A stretch of 15,080 nucleotides of DNA. Origin: Tubiluchus corallicola. Taxonomy: Eukaryota; Animalia; Priapulida. The stretch covers positions 1 through 15,080 of the forward strand of contig JAQGDQ010002099.1 in the NCBI GenBank assembly GCA_030141605.1, read 5' to 3'. The translations under genes were made by a program, and so were the position numbers. The notes under the pieces are model-generated. The model had not been told where the DNA came from and ran no database searches. It saw nothing but the letters and a program-made list of their open reading frames with translations. Positions 11,020 to 15,080 of this stretch are shown piece by piece (within the stretch, counting starts at the first letter, position 1; each line of letters starts with the position of its first letter).

Positions 11020-12330
11020 TTATAGCTAACCATTGCCTCGGTTTATCTTCCAAGCTTCATCATAACAGATTTGCAAGCGGAAGTTAAAGGACATCAGGCA
11101 AAAACTCACGACAGACTCACTCATATAGCAGTCAACCTAAATATAATTTAATACGTGACTCATCAAATACATCATGGAGTAACGTAACATCTAATGAAAA
11201 TGGCGACTTTGCCTATCACCTACTTTTAATTAATAAATTTACAAACATAATGCTTAAAACAACGTCAAAACTGTAAATAGTAAAACTAAAGCTACGATAA
11301 ACTAAACCGTTGCATTAATAACCAACATTAAACATAGAAATTGAATGCAACATTATATGCTAAACAGCAAATAGCGAAACAAGAATATACATCATAAAAA
11401 ATCAAATTATAAAATTATCGAGAACGTCAATAACTAGTTATTATCAAACCAAAGTATCAAAGTGTCTATCAAACATAAAAAAACTGGACTATTATATAAG
11501 AAATAATGAATAAAATAAAATAACAAGTGACTGTCACTCTTAAACTAAATAACCGTCTTATTCATGAAAATAAAAAGATAATAAATACATGCAATAAATA
11601 TTTCACGGAAGGTAAGAAAAAATAACGTCAAATATTTTAAAACGAATGCCAACCCAGACAATTATTTAAAAGACACTTACATACATTCCTTCCTTTAATC
11701 CAAAGACTAAAATGAATGTTATTAAATTAGATAATTCCTTCAATCCAGATAAGAGAGCTGGTTTTGATCATATATCACCCAGGATTGTGATTGAAGTTAC
11801 TAATGATATTGCAACACCTTTTGCACATATAATCAAGGATTCACTTCAAACTGGAAAAGTTCCTGGTAAAAATAAACATTTCAAAGCAATTACAGACCCA
11901 TATCTGTTTTACCACGTTTTTCCAAAATCTTAGGAAAATTTGTTCATCAACACCTAAACCACATATTTAATAAAACATGACATTGTAAATATATCTCAAG
12001 TTGGTCGTTCGTAGAGCATACACTACCGAATTAGAGCTGATAACAATGGTAATTAATATTACTGAAAATGTAGAAAATAAAATATTTTATTTATAAAGTG
12101 ATCCAGCCAAGGTATTGGATACTGCAAACAATAGTATTATGCAAACTTGAACATTACGGAGTTAGAAAGACAGTCAAAAAATCTGGTTCCTAAACCACCT
12201 AACTGCAAACAGTCAAGCAGCAGACCATAACACAACAATGCCTAATGTTGCATATACGTAAAAAATATGGAGCTCCACAAGGATCCGTCCTACGTCCACT
12301 ACTATTTCTAGTGCACAACAACAATATTTA
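11020..12330 (+). mobile_element. Heavily decayed LINE ORF2 (reverse transcriptase) fragment, CR1/L2 group
   Basis: Frameshifted motifs occur in the expected order: KRAGFDHISPRIV..IATPFAHII..SLQTGKVP, YRPISVLPRFSKIL, KLEHYGVR, GAPQGSVLRPLLFLV. The fragment breaks off before the YADD motif. The start is approximate. Confidence 0.9.
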
Positions 12331-12433
12331 ATCGCAGGCAGCAAATGTTGAATCCAACTTAGCCGCAACCAAATGTGATGGCTTTAGAACATACATCGCA
12401 TTTGAACATAAACAGTAACTAAACACACAATTC

Positions 12434-12439
12434 TTTATT
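12434..12439 (-). promoter_or_regulatory. Candidate polyadenylation signal for the GYG-repeat gene
   Basis: Minus-strand AATAAA ~165 nt after the TAG, followed by a GT-rich tract (ttgtgtgtttagttactgttt). Confidence 0.45.
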
Positions 12440-12604
12440 TTACAAAAATAGAGATAAATTTACTTCCTTGTGTGTGACTGTAAAGCCACATTATTCAAAT
12501 AAAGTCTCAAACTTTCACCTAAACAAAGTTTTCAGTACATGTTGTAGCATAATAGAGTAGAAAACAAAATCATGATGTTAATTAGATGAAAACTGTAATG
12601 ATAT

Positions 12605-12964
12605 CTAAAAATAGCCAGCAATGTTCGATCCACCATAACCATTGGTGGATTTTGAGCCATAGCCAAAAGTGGATTGCGAACCATAACCAGTGGACGATCC
12701 AGCACCATAACCACTAGACGATCCCGCACCGTAACCAGTGGAAGACTTTGCACCATAACCAGTGGATGATCCAGTGCCATAACCAGTTGATGAACGTTTG
12801 CCATAACCACTTCTTCGTCTTTTACCACCTCTTTTCTTCACATTCAATTTGGAAGAACCATGGACTTCTAGAAGTGTGGCTGGATTGTGACATCTTTTTC
12901 CAAGGTCCTTTGGTGTCAAGCAAAGAGACGGAATTTCAATGATCTGAAGAAGACGTAACTGCAT
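12605..12964 (-). CDS. Gly/Ser/Tyr-rich octapeptide-repeat protein (probably a terminal exon)
   Basis: KKRGGKRRRS is followed by 8 x (GYGxxSST-like) at an exact 24-nt period and ends AGYF*. The GYG codons vary only synonymously (GGT/GGC, TAT/TAC). In-frame acceptors lie at 12971/12970 and 12944/12943. Confidence 0.62.
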   Translation of the reverse strand: MQLRLLQIIEIPSLCLTPKDLGKRCHNPATLLEVHGSSKLNVKKRGGKRRRSGYGKRSSTGYGTGSSTGYGAKSSTGYGAGSSSGYGAGSSTGYGSQSTFGYGSKSTNGYGGSNIAGYF

Positions 12965-13872
12965 TACTATCTAGCAAACTTAAAACAAGATTATTAAATA
13001 GGGCTCTACTCATCTCTTTTTTCTCTCCATTTCTACACTATTCTCTCCTTTTCTCTACTTTCCATTTTTCTTGAATGTGGCTTAGAAAACAATGACTAAC
13101 CTAATTCAGACCATTTACAGAAAGAGAGACACAAATGTAAATAAAATGTATAATGATATTGTAAAAGAACTAACCCAAAATGATGTCATCGTAAATTGAT
13201 TATACAGGTATGCTGTTTATGTACGAATTACATCAACGCATGATTTACATATGTATAAACTACAACATATACTACTTGTACATAGAGTATAACGTGTATA
13301 ATGCATTATACGCAAACATTAGATATGCATGTAGAATTAGTAAATCGTAATGAAGAATTGTTAGTTTGTTTAGTAAGAAACTGGTAACTGTGAAGAATTT
13401 AATGTAAAAATTTATTTAACATTTTTGTACTTATGTGTCCTGCAAATAGAGGGCTTATTGTATCATTGTCAATAAAGATTTTTAATAATAATAATAATAA
13501 CTTTGCTTCCCTTTCTTCTCTACTCCACAATTTTTTTTCCAACATTTTCCTCCTTTCATTCACACTTACCCTCTTTCATCTTGTTACCTTTGTCAGCTCA
13601 TTCATTTTCTTTCTCGTTTTCTCATAAAAATCTTATAAGTTTCAATAACTTGTAGATTACACGTGTGATGAATTATAAATTTCAAGTAAAGAACAAGTCA
13701 CTCGGCATGTTGGGTTTATTTTTACTGTCGCCACATGAACGTAGAAAAGTATAAAAAAATGCAAAAAACTGTCTATAAAGCATAAAAATAAAATAAACTA
13801 CCTCTGAATGGAAATTTTCTGGCGTCGTGGTTGCCGCCATTTGTTTGACAATTACGACGTAACTAGGAGGCT

Positions 13873-13913
13873 TCGTGGCTTTCCGTAAGTGCATCGTGGC
13901 TTTCCGTAAGCGC
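13873..13913. repeat. 21-bp direct repeat x2
   Basis: tcgtggctttccgtaag(t/c)gc at 13873 and 13894. Confidence 0.85.
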
Positions 13914-14050
13914 GCGCTGCTTAAACTATTTCATACTTCTGCAGCTTACCTTGTATTCACACAAAATGTTACCAAATCAACTACGTAATTTTTTATGAAA
14001 ACTTACTATAACTTTGAGGAAGATTCATAGTGCGCTACTTTTCTTCAAAA

Positions 14051-14066
14051 CCAATGACGTCATTGG
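14051..14066. promoter_or_regulatory. Perfect 16-bp palindrome containing a CRE (TGACGTCA) and CCAAT on both strands
   Basis: ccaatgacgtcattgg is its own reverse complement; function is unproven. Confidence 0.4.
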
Positions 14067-14212
14067 AAGAAAAAGAGGCGTTCAAAATGGGGTCGCCTAA
14101 GCATGAAGTGGCCGCGACTTTAAAGTTATTTTACTTATTACACGAGGCACGTATTACAATTTTGCTACTAAGTCTTACTAGATTTCCTTGCGATTATTGA
14201 AATAAATAAAAT

Positions 14213-15012
14213 TTTCCAGAAGATGTGGCTTTCTCTTTAACGTAAATAATTAATTCACAGCTTTTGGCACACGCTACATCCTAGTTGAAATAAACCCAAC
14301 TTTCCAGAAGATGTGGCTTTCTCTTTAACGTAAATAATTAATTCACAGCTTTTGGCACACGCTACATCCTAGTTGATATAAACAAAACTTTCCAGAAGAT
14401 GTGGCTTTCTCTTTAACGTAAATAATTAATTCACAGCTTTTGGCACACGCTACATCCTAGTTGAAATAAACCCAACTTTCCAGAAGATGTGGCTTTCTCT
14501 TTAACGTAAATAATTAATTCACAGCTTTTGGCACACGCTACATCCTAGTTGATATAAACAAAACTTTCCAGAAGATGTGGCCTTCTCTTTAACATAAATA
14601 ATTAATTCACAGCTTTTGGCACACGCTACATCCTAGTTGAAATAAACCCAACTTTCCAGAAGACGTAGCTTTCTCTTTAACGTAAATAATTAATTCACAG
14701 CTTTTGGCACACGCTACATCCTAGTTGAAATAAACCCAACTTTCCAGAAGATGTGGCTTTCTCTTTAACGTAAATAATTAATTCACAGCTTTTGGCACAC
14801 GCTACATCCTAGTTGAAATAAACCCAACTTTCCAGAAGATGTGGCTTTCTCTTTAACGTAAATAATTAATTCACAGCTTTTGGCACACGCTACATCCTAG
14901 TTGATATAAACAAAACTTTCCAGAAGATGTGGCCTTCTCTTTAACATAAATAATTAATTCACAGCTTTTGGCACACGCTACATCCTAGTTGAAATAAACC
15001 CAACTTTCCAGA
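14213..15012. repeat. 88-bp satellite/minisatellite, 9 full copies
   Basis: tttccagaaga starts every 88 bp from 14213 to 14917, with a partial copy at 15005; copies differ by up to a few bases. Confidence 0.98.
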
Positions 15013-15080
15013 GCAATACGTAACTGAACGAAGTACAACAGAAGTATTACGTATTGCTCATAAAGCAGATCACAACAAAA

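Noticed and set aside
12532-12828. 98-aa MV-rich ORF (and + strand 12748-12942)
   Set aside because: These are alternative frames of the GYG repeat; synonymous variation favours the GYG frame.
12605-12964. Horizontally acquired bacterial ice nucleation gene
   Set aside because: There are only ~8 octapeptides, with no 16/48-residue higher-order period or regular TxT motif. The similarity is low-complexity and may be convergent.
14213-15012. CRISPR array
   Set aside because: The units are near-identical end to end with no unique spacers; there are no cas genes and the context is eukaryotic.

Overview
AT-rich, repeat-dense eukaryotic (invertebrate-like) genomic DNA with no prokaryotic gene organisation. 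The clearest gene is a GC-richer 3'-terminal exon (3756-4138, +) of a probable neuropeptide precursor. It encodes two related amidated peptides sharing [I/V][N/D]PS[F/W]xWxGL-amide. The - strand carries an ORF/exon (12605-12964) with a polybasic tract followed by a strict 8-residue GYG repeat, plus several decayed exon-like segments that resemble Kunitz-domain halves. The rest comprises CR1/L2-type LINE remnants, a minimal hammerhead ribozyme motif of the Penelope-like-element type (2365-2419), a tandem-plus-inverted 92-bp repeat with decayed hammerhead cores, microsatellites and an 88-bp satellite with higher-order structure. All calls come from manual reading; no database searches were run.
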